Source: Candidatus Eiseniibacteriota bacterium (GTDB lineage: Bacteria > Eisenbacteria > RBG-16-71-46). From it: a stretch of 64,000 bases of DNA. A program made the translations under genes and the position numbers. The stretch covers positions 864,001-928,000 of the forward strand of contig CAVSAC010000014.1 in NCBI GenBank assembly GCA_963725865.1. Direction: 5' to 3'. Below, one piece after another: positions 33,193 to 41,609 of this stretch (its first letter is position 1; every line of letters starts with the position of its first letter). Below the pieces are notes generated by a model. That model saw only the letters and a program-made list of their open reading frames with translations. It was not told the origin of the DNA and ran no database searches.

Positions 33193-33984
33193 ATGATCGA
33201 CACCCACTGCCACCTCGCGGACAAGCGCTTCGACAAGGACCGCGAGGCGGCGATCGCGCGGGCGCACACGGCCGGCGTGCGCGCGTTCGTCGAGATCGCC
33301 TACGCTCCGGCGATCGTCGAGCGGGCGCACGCGCTCGCGGCGATCCATCCGAACCTGTTCCTGTGCGTGGGCGTTCACCCGAGCGAAGCGGCGAAGGTGC
33401 CGGCGAGCTACCTCGACGCGCTGCGCGACCACGCGCGGCATCCACGCGTCGTGGCGATCGGCGAGACCGGCCTCGACTTCTTCCGCGACCACGCTCCGCG
33501 CGCGGACCAGGAGCGCTGGTTCCGCGCCCAGCTCGCCCTCGCCGACGCGATGGGGCTGCCGGTGGTGATCCACCAGCGCGCGGCGCTCGCGGACACGCTC
33601 GCGATCCTCGAGCAGGCGCACCCACAGGCGGGCGGGGTGCTGCATTGCTTCGACGACGGCCCCGACGCGGTCGAGCGCGCACGCGCGCTCGGCTTCAAGC
33701 TCGGCCTCGGCGGCTGCCTGACCTACGGCCACGCCGAACTCGACCAGGCGGTGCGCGGCGCGCCTGCCGACCTGCTGGTGCTGGAGACCGACGCGCCGTA
33801 TCTGGAGCCCGAGCCCCGCTCGCTCAAGCGCAACGAGCCGGCGCTGCTCGCGCGCGTGGTGAAGCGCCTGTGCGAGCTGCGCGGCTGGACACCCGACGAG
33901 GCGGTGCGGGTGACGACCGCGAACGCGCTCGATCTGTTCCGGCTGCCGATCGCGGTCGAGCCGCCGCCGGCGCCGCCGGCGTAA
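33193..33984 (+). CDS. tatD: TatD family nuclease
   Basis: IDTHCHL, GVHP, IGETGLD, HCF, LETDAPYL, RNEP. Confidence 0.95.
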   Translation: MIDTHCHLADKRFDKDREAAIARAHTAGVRAFVEIAYAPAIVERAHALAAIHPNLFLCVGVHPSEAAKVPASYLDALRDHARHPRVVAIGETGLDFFRDHAPRADQERWFRAQLALADAMGLPVVIHQRAALADTLAILEQAHPQAGGVLHCFDDGPDAVERARALGFKLGLGGCLTYGHAELDQAVRGAPADLLVLETDAPYLEPEPRSLKRNEPALLARVVKRLCELRGWTPDEAVRVTTANALDLFRLPIAVEPPPAPPA

Positions 33985-34055
33985 CTCGCTCCGGAGCCGC
34001 GACCGCGGCCGCCGGCCTCAAGCGCGGCCCGCGCCGGGCCGATGACCCCAACGGC

Positions 34056-35120
34056 ATGCCGACCTCCTCCGTCCTGATGGCGTCGCTCGCCGTCGCGGCC
34101 GTCCTCGCGGTGGTGACGCTCCTCGCCCTGATCGCCCGCGCCGCCCACCGGCGCGACCGCCGCGCGCGCCGCGCCGAATCCCACGCCTTCCGGGTGGCGT
34201 GCACGCAGCTCGTGCGCGAGGGCCGCGGCGACGCCGAGGTTCGCCGGCTTGCCGCCGCGCTCGACGAGCGCACGTTCTGGGGCGCGGTCGAGCGGCTCTC
34301 GCTCGGCCTCGGCGCCCGCGCCCGCGCGCGCCTCGGCGAAACGCTCGAGCGCAGTCGCCACGTCACCTACGAGCGGCGCGCGCTGCGCGACGACTCGCCG
34401 TGGCGCGCCGAGCTGGGGGCCCGCCGGCTCGCCCTGCTGCCCGCGCGACGGCCGCGCCGCGCGCTGCGGCGCGCGATGGTCGACGGCAACGGGCTCACCG
34501 CCTACGCCGCGGCCCGCGCGCTCGGCCGCTCCGGGGATCGCGCGGCGCTGCGCTGGGTGCTCGAGCACCCGCGCCGCTTCGAGCGCCGCGGGGCACGCGC
34601 CTGGACCGCGTTGCTCGCCTCGTTCGGGCGCCGTGCGCTCGCCGACCTCGCTGCCGCGCTGGAGCGCGCGGTGCACGACGCGCCGCTCGAGCGCGCTCTC
34701 GTGGAGACGCTCGGGCTCGGCTCGTTCGGGCCCGCCGGGCCCGCGATCGGGCGCCGGCTCGGGCACCCGGATCCCGAGGTGCGCGTCGCCGCGGCGCGCG
34801 CGCTGGGACGGCTGCGCGCCGCCGCGTCCGCCGACGCGCTGCTCGCGGCACTCGCGGACGACGCGTGGCCGGTGCGCGCGCAGTCGGCGTGGGCACTCGG
34901 CCGGCTCGGCGACGAGCGCGCCGTGATGCCGCTCACCGCGCGGCTCGCCGATCGCGCGTGGTGGGTGCGCCGTCATGCCGCGTACGCGCTCGCGCAGCTC
35001 GGCCCCGCCGGCCGCGCGGCGCTGCGCAACGCCGCCGAGAGTGCGTCCGATCGCTACGCGCGCGACATGGCGCACGAGGCGCTCGAGGGCGGTTTCCTCA
35101 AGGCGATGGGCGGGGACTGA
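34056..35120 (+). CDS. HEAT/PBS-lyase repeat protein with N-terminal TM helix
   Basis: Hydrophobic N-terminus; repeats VRVAAARALG, VRAQSAWALG, WWVRRHAAYAL. Confidence 0.82.
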   Translation: MPTSSVLMASLAVAAVLAVVTLLALIARAAHRRDRRARRAESHAFRVACTQLVREGRGDAEVRRLAAALDERTFWGAVERLSLGLGARARARLGETLERSRHVTYERRALRDDSPWRAELGARRLALLPARRPRRALRRAMVDGNGLTAYAAARALGRSGDRAALRWVLEHPRRFERRGARAWTALLASFGRRALADLAAALERAVHDAPLERALVETLGLGSFGPAGPAIGRRLGHPDPEVRVAAARALGRLRAAASADALLAALADDAWPVRAQSAWALGRLGDERAVMPLTARLADRAWWVRRHAAYALAQLGPAGRAALRNAAESASDRYARDMAHEALEGGFLKAMGGD

Positions 35121-35183
35121 GGCGGGCCCGCGAGCGCACCGGCGCGCGTGCATCGGCGCGGGCCGCACCCTACACTGCGCCGC

Positions 35184-36158
35184 ATGCCACCCGACCCCCG
35201 CCGCCGTCCTCCCCCGCGACCGCGCGCGTCCAGCTACATCCGCGAGCGCGCCGCGCTCGAGGGCTCGGCGGCCACCCGCCTCAAAGACCTGCTCGCCGCG
35301 CGCGGGCTGTCACCGCGCCGGCGCTTCGGCCAGAACTTCCTGGTCCGCGAGGACCTCTGCGAGCGCATCGTCGAGCTCTGCCACCTGCGCGAGGACGACG
35401 TCGCGGTCGAGATCGGTCCCGGCGCCGGCGCCATCACGCTGCGGATCGCGCAGAAGGTGCGCAAGCTGGTGGCGGTCGAGTTCGACACCGGGCTGGCGGC
35501 GCTGCTGCGTGAAGAACACGCCGAGCATCCGCGGCTCGAGGTGGTCGAGGGCGACTTCCTCGACTTCGACCTCGCGGCGCTGGCGGCGCGCGAAGGGGTG
35601 GAGCGGCTGGTGGTGGTCGGCAACATCCCGTACAACGTCACCACGCCGATCCTCGAGCGGCTGTTCGCGCAGCGCGCGGTCGTGCGCAGCGCGGTGCTGC
35701 TGGTGCAGAAGGAGTACGCCGAGCGCCTCGCCGCGGCCGCCGGCACGCCGGAGTACGGCTCGCTCACGCTGTTCGCCCGCTACCACGCGCTGATGGAGCC
35801 GCTGATGACCATCCGCGCGGCGGCGTTCTGGCCGCGTCCGGACGTGGACAGCATGCTGGTGCGCTTCTTCCTGCGCGAACAGCCGCCGGTCGACGCCCCC
35901 GAGGCGCTGCTGTTCCGGCTCATCCGCGGGTCGTTCCAGATGCGGCGCAAGATGCTCGCGAACACCATCGAGGAATCGCTCGGCATCTCGAAGGAGCTGG
36001 TCGAGAGCCTGTGCCGCCAGGCCGGCATCGACATGCGGCGGCGCGGCGAGACGCTCACGCTCGACGAGTTCGCGCGGCTCGCGCGCGTCGCCGCCCAGCG
36101 CGGCGTCGATCCGGAGCACCCCGAAGCCGCCGGCGGGCGCGATGAACGCGACGCCTGA
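35184..36158 (+). CDS. rsmA: 16S rRNA dimethyladenosine transferase
   Basis: FGQNFL, EIGPGAGAIT, VGNIPYNVTT, QKE.A.RL, YGSL, F.P.P.VDS. Confidence 0.96.
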   Translation: MPPDPRRRPPPRPRASSYIRERAALEGSAATRLKDLLAARGLSPRRRFGQNFLVREDLCERIVELCHLREDDVAVEIGPGAGAITLRIAQKVRKLVAVEFDTGLAALLREEHAEHPRLEVVEGDFLDFDLAALAAREGVERLVVVGNIPYNVTTPILERLFAQRAVVRSAVLLVQKEYAERLAAAAGTPEYGSLTLFARYHALMEPLMTIRAAAFWPRPDVDSMLVRFFLREQPPVDAPEALLFRLIRGSFQMRRKMLANTIEESLGISKELVESLCRQAGIDMRRRGETLTLDEFARLARVAAQRGVDPEHPEAAGGRDERDA

Positions 36159-37101
36159 CCTGCACGTGGTGCTCGGCACCGGCCCGCTCGGGCGCGCGGT
36201 GGCCGAGGAGGCGCTGCGCCGCGGCTTCCGCGTGCGGCTGGTGAGCCGCAGCGGCCGCATGGAGGCGCCCCCGACGGGCGCCGAGGTGCGCGCCGCCGAC
36301 GCCACCGAGGCGGCCGCGGTGCGTGAGGCGTGCGCGACCGCGGCCGCGGTCCACCTGTGCGCGAACGCGCCGTACACCGACTGGGTCGAGCGCTGGCCGC
36401 CGCTCGCCCGCGGCGTGCTCGAGGGCGTGGCCGCGGCCGGCGCGAAGTTGATCTACGGCGACAACCTCTACGCGTACGGCCCGCACGCGGGCCCGCTGCG
36501 CGAGGACCTGCCGGCCGCCGCCACCGGCCGCAAGGGCCGGGTGCGCGCCGCGATCGCGGCATCGTTCCTCGACGCCCATCGCGCGGGCCGGGTGCGGGTC
36601 GCGATCGGACGCGCCTCGGACTTCTACGGCCCGTGGGCGACCGAGGGCAGCCTGCTCGGCAGCCGCGTGATCCCCGCCGCGTTCGCCGGCCGGCCCGGGC
36701 AGGTGATCGGCAACGTCGACCTGCCGCACACGTTCACGTACATCCGCGACTACGCGCGCGCGCTGGTCACGCTCGCCACGCGCGACGAGGCGCTCGGGCA
36801 GGTGTGGCACGTGCCGAGCGCCGAGACCACCACGCAGCGCGCGCTGCTGCAGATGGTGTGGGAGGAGTGCGGCCAGCGCGGCCCCGCACGGTTCAGCGCC
36901 GCCCCCGCCTGGCTGGTCGGCGCGATGGGACTGTTCATGCCGATCATGCGCGAGCTGGGCGAGATGATGTACGAGTGGGAGCGCCCCTACGTGGTCGACC
37001 ACTCGAAGTACGCGCAGGCGTTCGGCACCGAGACCACGCCGCACCGCGAAGGCGTGGCCGAGACGGTGGCGTGGTTCAGGGGCCGGGCGGCTGCGAGCTG
37101 A
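36142..37101 (+). CDS. NAD-dependent epimerase/dehydratase family protein
   Basis: VLGTGPLG, DNLYAYG, RASDFYGP, HTFTY..D. Confidence 0.9.
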   Translation: MNATPDLHVVLGTGPLGRAVAEEALRRGFRVRLVSRSGRMEAPPTGAEVRAADATEAAAVREACATAAAVHLCANAPYTDWVERWPPLARGVLEGVAAAGAKLIYGDNLYAYGPHAGPLREDLPAAATGRKGRVRAAIAASFLDAHRAGRVRVAIGRASDFYGPWATEGSLLGSRVIPAAFAGRPGQVIGNVDLPHTFTYIRDYARALVTLATRDEALGQVWHVPSAETTTQRALLQMVWEECGQRGPARFSAAPAWLVGAMGLFMPIMRELGEMMYEWERPYVVDHSKYAQAFGTETTPHREGVAETVAWFRGRAAAS

Positions 37102-37247
37102 GCTCGCCCGCGGGCGGGCTTTCACGCTGCGCCCGCTCGCGCACGACCCGCGCGAACTCGAGGTCGTTGCGCTGGAGCCACGCGTACTGGCTGCGCGGTC
37201 CACGCGCAGCGCCCGCGTCACGCGGGGATGGTAGACTCGCCGTCGTC

Positions 37248-37460
37248 ATGAATGAGGATCGCGCATCTCGAATCAGTATCCGCCAGGTCCGCCAGGGCCC
37301 CGAGGAAGCCGCCCTCGACCGGGCGTACTGGGCGTCCATGACCCCCGAGCAGCGGATCGAGCTCGTGTGGGAACTCACCGAGGAACAATGGCGCATGCGA
37401 GGCTGGGATCCGGATGAACCAGGACTTCGTCGATCTGTTGCGGTCCTTCAACGCCGCTGA
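37248..37460 (+). CDS. Small protein (70 aa), putative antitoxin-like partner of nucleotidyltransferase
   Basis: TAGACT -10 box upstream; DRAYWASMTPEQRIELVWEL resembles small proteins found before NTase genes; overlaps NTase start. Confidence 0.65.
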   Translation: MNEDRASRISIRQVRQGPEEAALDRAYWASMTPEQRIELVWELTEEQWRMRGWDPDEPGLRRSVAVLQRR

Positions 37461-37742
37461 GGTTCGGTTCCTCGTCGTCGGCGCCTATGCCGTGGGCATC
37501 CACGCGCGCCCGCGCCCGACACCGTGTTCCAGATCGGGGTCCCTCCACGCCGGATCGATCTGCTGACGTCGCTCACCGGAGTCACGTTCACGGAAGCGTG
37601 GCCACGGCGCGTGCGCAACTCCATCGGCGGCGCGGACTGCGACTTCATCGGTCGCGAGGACCTCATCCTCAACAAGACCGCCCTCGGACGCCCACGGGAC
37701 CTCGCCGACATCGAGGACCTGCGGCACGGCGCGGACGGCTGA
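37414..37742 (+). pseudogene. Nucleotidyltransferase (AbiEii/DUF6036-like) with internal deletion and frameshift
   Basis: MNQDFVDLL...FLVVGAYAVGIHARPR in frame 1, then VFQIGVPPRRIDLLT...LILNK.A.GRP.D.ADIE.L in frame 3. The usual T.D.D catalytic segment is absent. Confidence 0.78.
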
Positions 37743-37764
37743 GCGCTCGCGAGGGAAGACTGCG

Positions 37765-37989
37765 AAGGGCCTCGACCTGCTCGAATTCACGATGGCCGTG
37801 GAGGACGCGTTCGCGAGCTCGATCCCGCACGGCGACGCAGGTCGGTGGACGACGCCCGGCCCGCTCGTGGACTACCTCGCGGGTCGGATAGCACGCGAAG
37901 CGGCCCGGTCGCGCGACCGGGCCGCTCGTGTTCGCGACGTGCGTCGCGCCGCTCAGGCTTCGTCGCCGCCCTGCTCCACGAACTTGTAG
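37765..37989 (+). pseudogene. Degenerate acyl-carrier-protein-like ORF
   Basis: (K)GLDLLEFTMAVEDAFASSIPHGDAGRWTTPGPLVDYL resembles ACP helices II-IV; AAG sits where ATG is expected after GAGGGA. Confidence 0.5.
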
Positions 37990-38663
37990 CCCACCTTGTG
38001 CACCGCGACGATGAACGGGTGCTCGAAACCGGCGCCCAGCTTGCTGCGCAGGTTCGACACGTGGGTGTCCACGGTGCGCGTGGTCACGCCCAGCTCCTCG
38101 TCGACGCCCCAGATCTCCTCGAGCAGCTCCTCGCGGCTCACGGTGCGACCGCGGTGCTCGATCAGGTACTTGAGCAGCTCGAACTCCTTGAACGAGAGCG
38201 CGACCGCCTTGCCTTCCTTGTAGACCTCGCGCGGCTCGAAGCGCACCTCGACGTCGCCGAACTTGAAGATCGTGGGCCCGGGCGCCGGCGCGCCGCTCGG
38301 GCCGCGCTGGATCAGCCGCCGCACGCGCGCGATCAGCTCCTTGATGCCGAACGGCTTCGTCACGTAGTCGTCCGCGCCGAGATCGAAGCCCTTCAGCACG
38401 TCGGCCTCGAAGTTGCGCGCGGTCATCACCAGCACCGGGATGTCCCGATGCCGCTGGCGCAGCTCCTTCAGCACCGTGAAGCCGTCTTTCTCCGGCAGCA
38501 TGATATCGAGCAGCACGCAGTCCGGCTTCTGCTTGAGCGCGAGCTTGAGGCCTTCCTGACCGGTCTTCGCGGTCAGGACCTCGTAGCCCTCGAACTTGAA
38601 ATTGTGGGCGAGCCCGTCGAGCAGCCCTTCTTCGTCCTCGACGATCAGCACCTTCTGACTCAT
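37953..38663 (-). CDS. OmpR/PhoB-family response regulator
   Basis: VLIVEDE, LLDIMLP, GADDYVTKPF, RTVDTHVSNLRSKL, VGYKF. Confidence 0.96.
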   Translation of the reverse strand: MSQKVLIVEDEEGLLDGLAHNFKFEGYEVLTAKTGQEGLKLALKQKPDCVLLDIMLPEKDGFTVLKELRQRHRDIPVLVMTARNFEADVLKGFDLGADDYVTKPFGIKELIARVRRLIQRGPSGAPAPGPTIFKFGDVEVRFEPREVYKEGKAVALSFKEFELLKYLIEHRGRTVSREELLEEIWGVDEELGVTTRTVDTHVSNLRSKLGAGFEHPFIVAVHKVGYKFVEQGGDEA

Positions 38664-38682
38664 GGGTCCCTCGTCTTCCTCT

Positions 38683-40242
38683 CTACGTCCCGGTCTGGCG
38701 CCGGGGCTCCGGCCTGGCGGCCGCCGATTCGGTGGCGACCGGCAACGCCAAGGTGAACGTGCTGCCCTCTCCGGGCGTGCTCGTCAACTCGACCTGCCCG
38801 CCGTGTGCGCGCACGATCTGGTCGACGAGCGGCAGGCCCAGCCCAGCGCCCTTCACATCATGCACCAGACCGGCCTCGATGCGGACGAACTTCTCGAACA
38901 CCCGGTGCTGGTCCTCCGGCGCGATCCCGATCCCGTGATCGGAGACCGCGATCCGGACGTACGTCCCGTCGCTCGAGCCGCTGATGCGGATCTCCTTGCG
39001 CTGGCGAGAATACTTGATCGCGTTGTCCAGCAGGTTGAGCAGGCAGTGCGAGAGCGCGCGGGAGTCCCCCAGCGCCGGCGGCAGCCCGGGCGGCAGGTCC
39101 ACCTCCACCCGGAAGCCCAGCTCCTCGAAACGCGGACTCAGGCTCTCGACCGTCTCGCGCACCACGCCGGCCAGCTCGACCGGCCGGAACTGGAACGAGT
39201 GCTTGCCCGCCTCGAGCCGCGCGAAGTCGAGGATGTTGTCCACCAGCTGCGTGAGCCGCTTGGTCTCGCGCTGGATGCTGCGCAGGAACTTCGCGCTCTC
39301 CTCGGGGCTGCGCACGCGGTGCATGTCGAGCGTCTCGGCGGCGAGCTGGATCAGCGCGATCGGGGTCTTCAGCTCGTGCGTGACGTTGGCCAGGAACGAC
39401 GACTTGAGCTGGGCCAGCTCGAGCTGGCGGATCGTGTAGCGCAGCCCGAACACGGTGGCGACCAGGATCAGCCCGACGAGCAGCGCGACGAAGAACATCT
39501 CGATCGCGACGAAGCGGCCCACCCAGACCACCGGCGTGTCGGCGGTCGCCGAGACGCGCAGCGTATAGCCCTCGAATGGCCCCGACAGCGGCACCGGGCG
39601 CGCGGTGCCGGAGTGCCCCGGGTCGCGCACGCGCGCCACCTGGACGCCGGCGGCGTCGAACAGCTCCACGCTCACGCCGCGCGTCGACTCGATGCCCCCG
39701 TACATGCGCGGGTCCTCGTTGACGCGCTCCTCGACCACGGTCGCCAGGTTCTGGCGCAGGAAGTGGTCGGGGTCGATCCACCAGCCGCCCGCTCCCATCA
39801 CCATGCCGTCGGTGCCCCGCAGCAGCAGTCCGACGAACCAGTGCCGCCCGTGCTCGCCCATGCCGGGAGAGAACAGCAGTGGCTGCGACTCCACGAGCAG
39901 CAGGGAGTAGCCATCGAGCTGGTCGAGCGGCACGAAGTGCGGGCTGGAGAACTCGGGGTCGTCGGTGGAGAGCGCGCGCAGCACGCCGGCCACCCCGGCG
40001 CCGTTACGGGCCGCGCTCTCGGCCGCCGCGATGGCGCGCCGCATGTGCGCGAGCAGCTCCTCCTCGAACGCCTGGGCCACCTGCGCGGCCACGTAGGTGT
40101 TGTAGCGCGAGCTCTGCACGCCCACCGCGTCGGCGATGCGCGTGCTCAGGTAGATGGCCAGGCCCGCGAGCACCAGCGCGGGCAGCGCCACTCCGAGGCC
40201 GATGATGCGCAGGACGCGCTGGGAGAACCGGGAGACGGCCAT
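38683..40242 (-). CDS. Sensor histidine kinase (two TM, extracytoplasmic sensor, HisKA + HATPase)
   Basis: FLANVTHELKTP, NLLDNAIKYS, DHGIGI, GAGLGL. Confidence 0.95.
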   Translation of the reverse strand: MAVSRFSQRVLRIIGLGVALPALVLAGLAIYLSTRIADAVGVQSSRYNTYVAAQVAQAFEEELLAHMRRAIAAAESAARNGAGVAGVLRALSTDDPEFSSPHFVPLDQLDGYSLLLVESQPLLFSPGMGEHGRHWFVGLLLRGTDGMVMGAGGWWIDPDHFLRQNLATVVEERVNEDPRMYGGIESTRGVSVELFDAAGVQVARVRDPGHSGTARPVPLSGPFEGYTLRVSATADTPVVWVGRFVAIEMFFVALLVGLILVATVFGLRYTIRQLELAQLKSSFLANVTHELKTPIALIQLAAETLDMHRVRSPEESAKFLRSIQRETKRLTQLVDNILDFARLEAGKHSFQFRPVELAGVVRETVESLSPRFEELGFRVEVDLPPGLPPALGDSRALSHCLLNLLDNAIKYSRQRKEIRISGSSDGTYVRIAVSDHGIGIAPEDQHRVFEKFVRIEAGLVHDVKGAGLGLPLVDQIVRAHGGQVELTSTPGEGSTFTLALPVATESAAARPEPRRQTGT

Positions 40243-40281
40243 GCGGGGGGAAGCCTAGCAGGGCGCGCCGGGGAAGCGTAA

Positions 40282-40305
40282 GGGCCGGCCCCGAAAGGCC
40301 GGCCC
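40282..40305 (-). terminator. Terminator-like hairpin after the Cys-rich gene
   Basis: GGGCCGGCC-ccgaaa-GGCCGGCCC, 20 nt past the stop; weak U-tract on minus strand. Confidence 0.55.
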
Positions 40306-40324
40306 CCCGATCGCGAGCGGGCGA

Positions 40325-41305
40325 TCAGCTCTTGGTGGCCGCACGTGCCGAGCCGCCCTGCAGGCCGGCCAGGGAGTACAGCTCCGTGACGATGCGCGGG
40401 TCGTTCGAGGTGAGCAGCGTGAGGCATCCGCTCTCGATGTTGACGACCTCACGGGTGAGTTTGCCGCTCGCCGCCGCGCCCCGCATCTCCTTGCAGTGCG
40501 TGCACAGGTGGGCCTTGTCGTTGCTCGCGCTCATCGCCGTGACGCGCTCGGCGTGGCGCGCCACCGCGGCCTGCACGGCGCGGACGCGCGCCGACGACTC
40601 GGCCGAGTAGACGTACATGACGCCGTTCTTCAGCGGCACGATCTGCACCTTGCCGCCGGCCTCGGCGATGTCGGACTCGCACGACATCATGTCGGCGCAC
40701 GCGTCGCACTCCGCCATCGCGGCACTGCTCGAGTGCGTGCCGCACGCGGGGCCGCCGACCGGGACCGCGCTCACCACGCCCGCCGTCTTGGTGAGCTTGG
40801 CCGCCTTCGCACCCTTGGCGCCCGGTGCGCAGCAGTCGCCGCCCGCGGAGGCCGCCATGGCGGTGGTGGCCGCCGTGCCGTGCATCGAGCAGCCGCTCGC
40901 CGATGCCGTCGTGGCCGCGGCGCCGTGTGCAGCGCAATCGCCCGCCGACGCCGTGGTGGCCGCGGCGCCGTGCATCGCGCAGGAGGCGGCATCGTGCGCG
41001 GCGGTCTTGCCGGCCTTCGCACCCTTCGACATGTACGGGCACTGCCCGGCCTTCATGTCGGCGGTGGTGGCGGCGCCGTGCATCGCGCAGCCCGACGCAT
41101 TCGCAGCGGCGGTGCCCTGGGTGCCGCAGGTCGCGGCCATCTCGGGCGTGCAGTTCGCCGCCATCTCGGCCGAGCAGGCGGCGTGCGTCGAGGCGGTGGT
41201 CGCGGTGGCGCTCTTGGTCGCCTTGCCGCAGGCGAGCGCGAACGCGGCCGAGGCCCCGACGACGAGCACGGCCAACACGGTCCACATGAGTCGGGTCTGC
41301 TTCAT
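40325..41305 (-). CDS. Exported Cys/Met/His-rich tandem-repeat protein (326 aa), putative metal-binding
   Basis: GGAGGTG RBS; signal peptide; 18 Cys; CxxHG(A/T)AxT(T/A) repeats; two CxxCxxM units. Confidence 0.85.
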   Translation of the reverse strand: MKQTRLMWTVLAVLVVGASAAFALACGKATKSATATTASTHAACSAEMAANCTPEMAATCGTQGTAAANASGCAMHGAATTADMKAGQCPYMSKGAKAGKTAAHDAASCAMHGAAATTASAGDCAAHGAAATTASASGCSMHGTAATTAMAASAGGDCCAPGAKGAKAAKLTKTAGVVSAVPVGGPACGTHSSSAAMAECDACADMMSCESDIAEAGGKVQIVPLKNGVMYVYSAESSARVRAVQAAVARHAERVTAMSASNDKAHLCTHCKEMRGAAASGKLTREVVNIESGCLTLLTSNDPRIVTELYSLAGLQGGSARAATKS

Positions 41306-41609
41306 GACGCACCTCCAGGGGCGGGATGTTCCGGCGCCCGGGGTAGGCGCCGCCTCACGGGTTGTATCGGTGCCGCTGCGAGAAAGCCTGTCATCGGGCC
41401 GTCCGTGGTGTGTCACGAATGGGCAAAAAGGCCCGCGCGCGCCCACGCTCCACGCGGCTCGCTTCGATGGTCGCGGCCCACGCGGGATGCCGAGCGAACG
41501 GCCGTTGCTCGATCGTGCAGTTGCGAACGCCCCCGCCGCGAGCGCACCGGACCGGCCGTTGACGAATGGCCACGTCCCTCCTAACGTGCGCCGCAGCCCC
41601 CAGCCCACC

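Noticed and set aside
40480..40510. CTHCK as an NrfA-type CxxCK haem motif
   Set aside because: No CxxCH motifs or cytochrome maturation genes nearby; its twin CDACA suggests a duplicated CxxC site instead.
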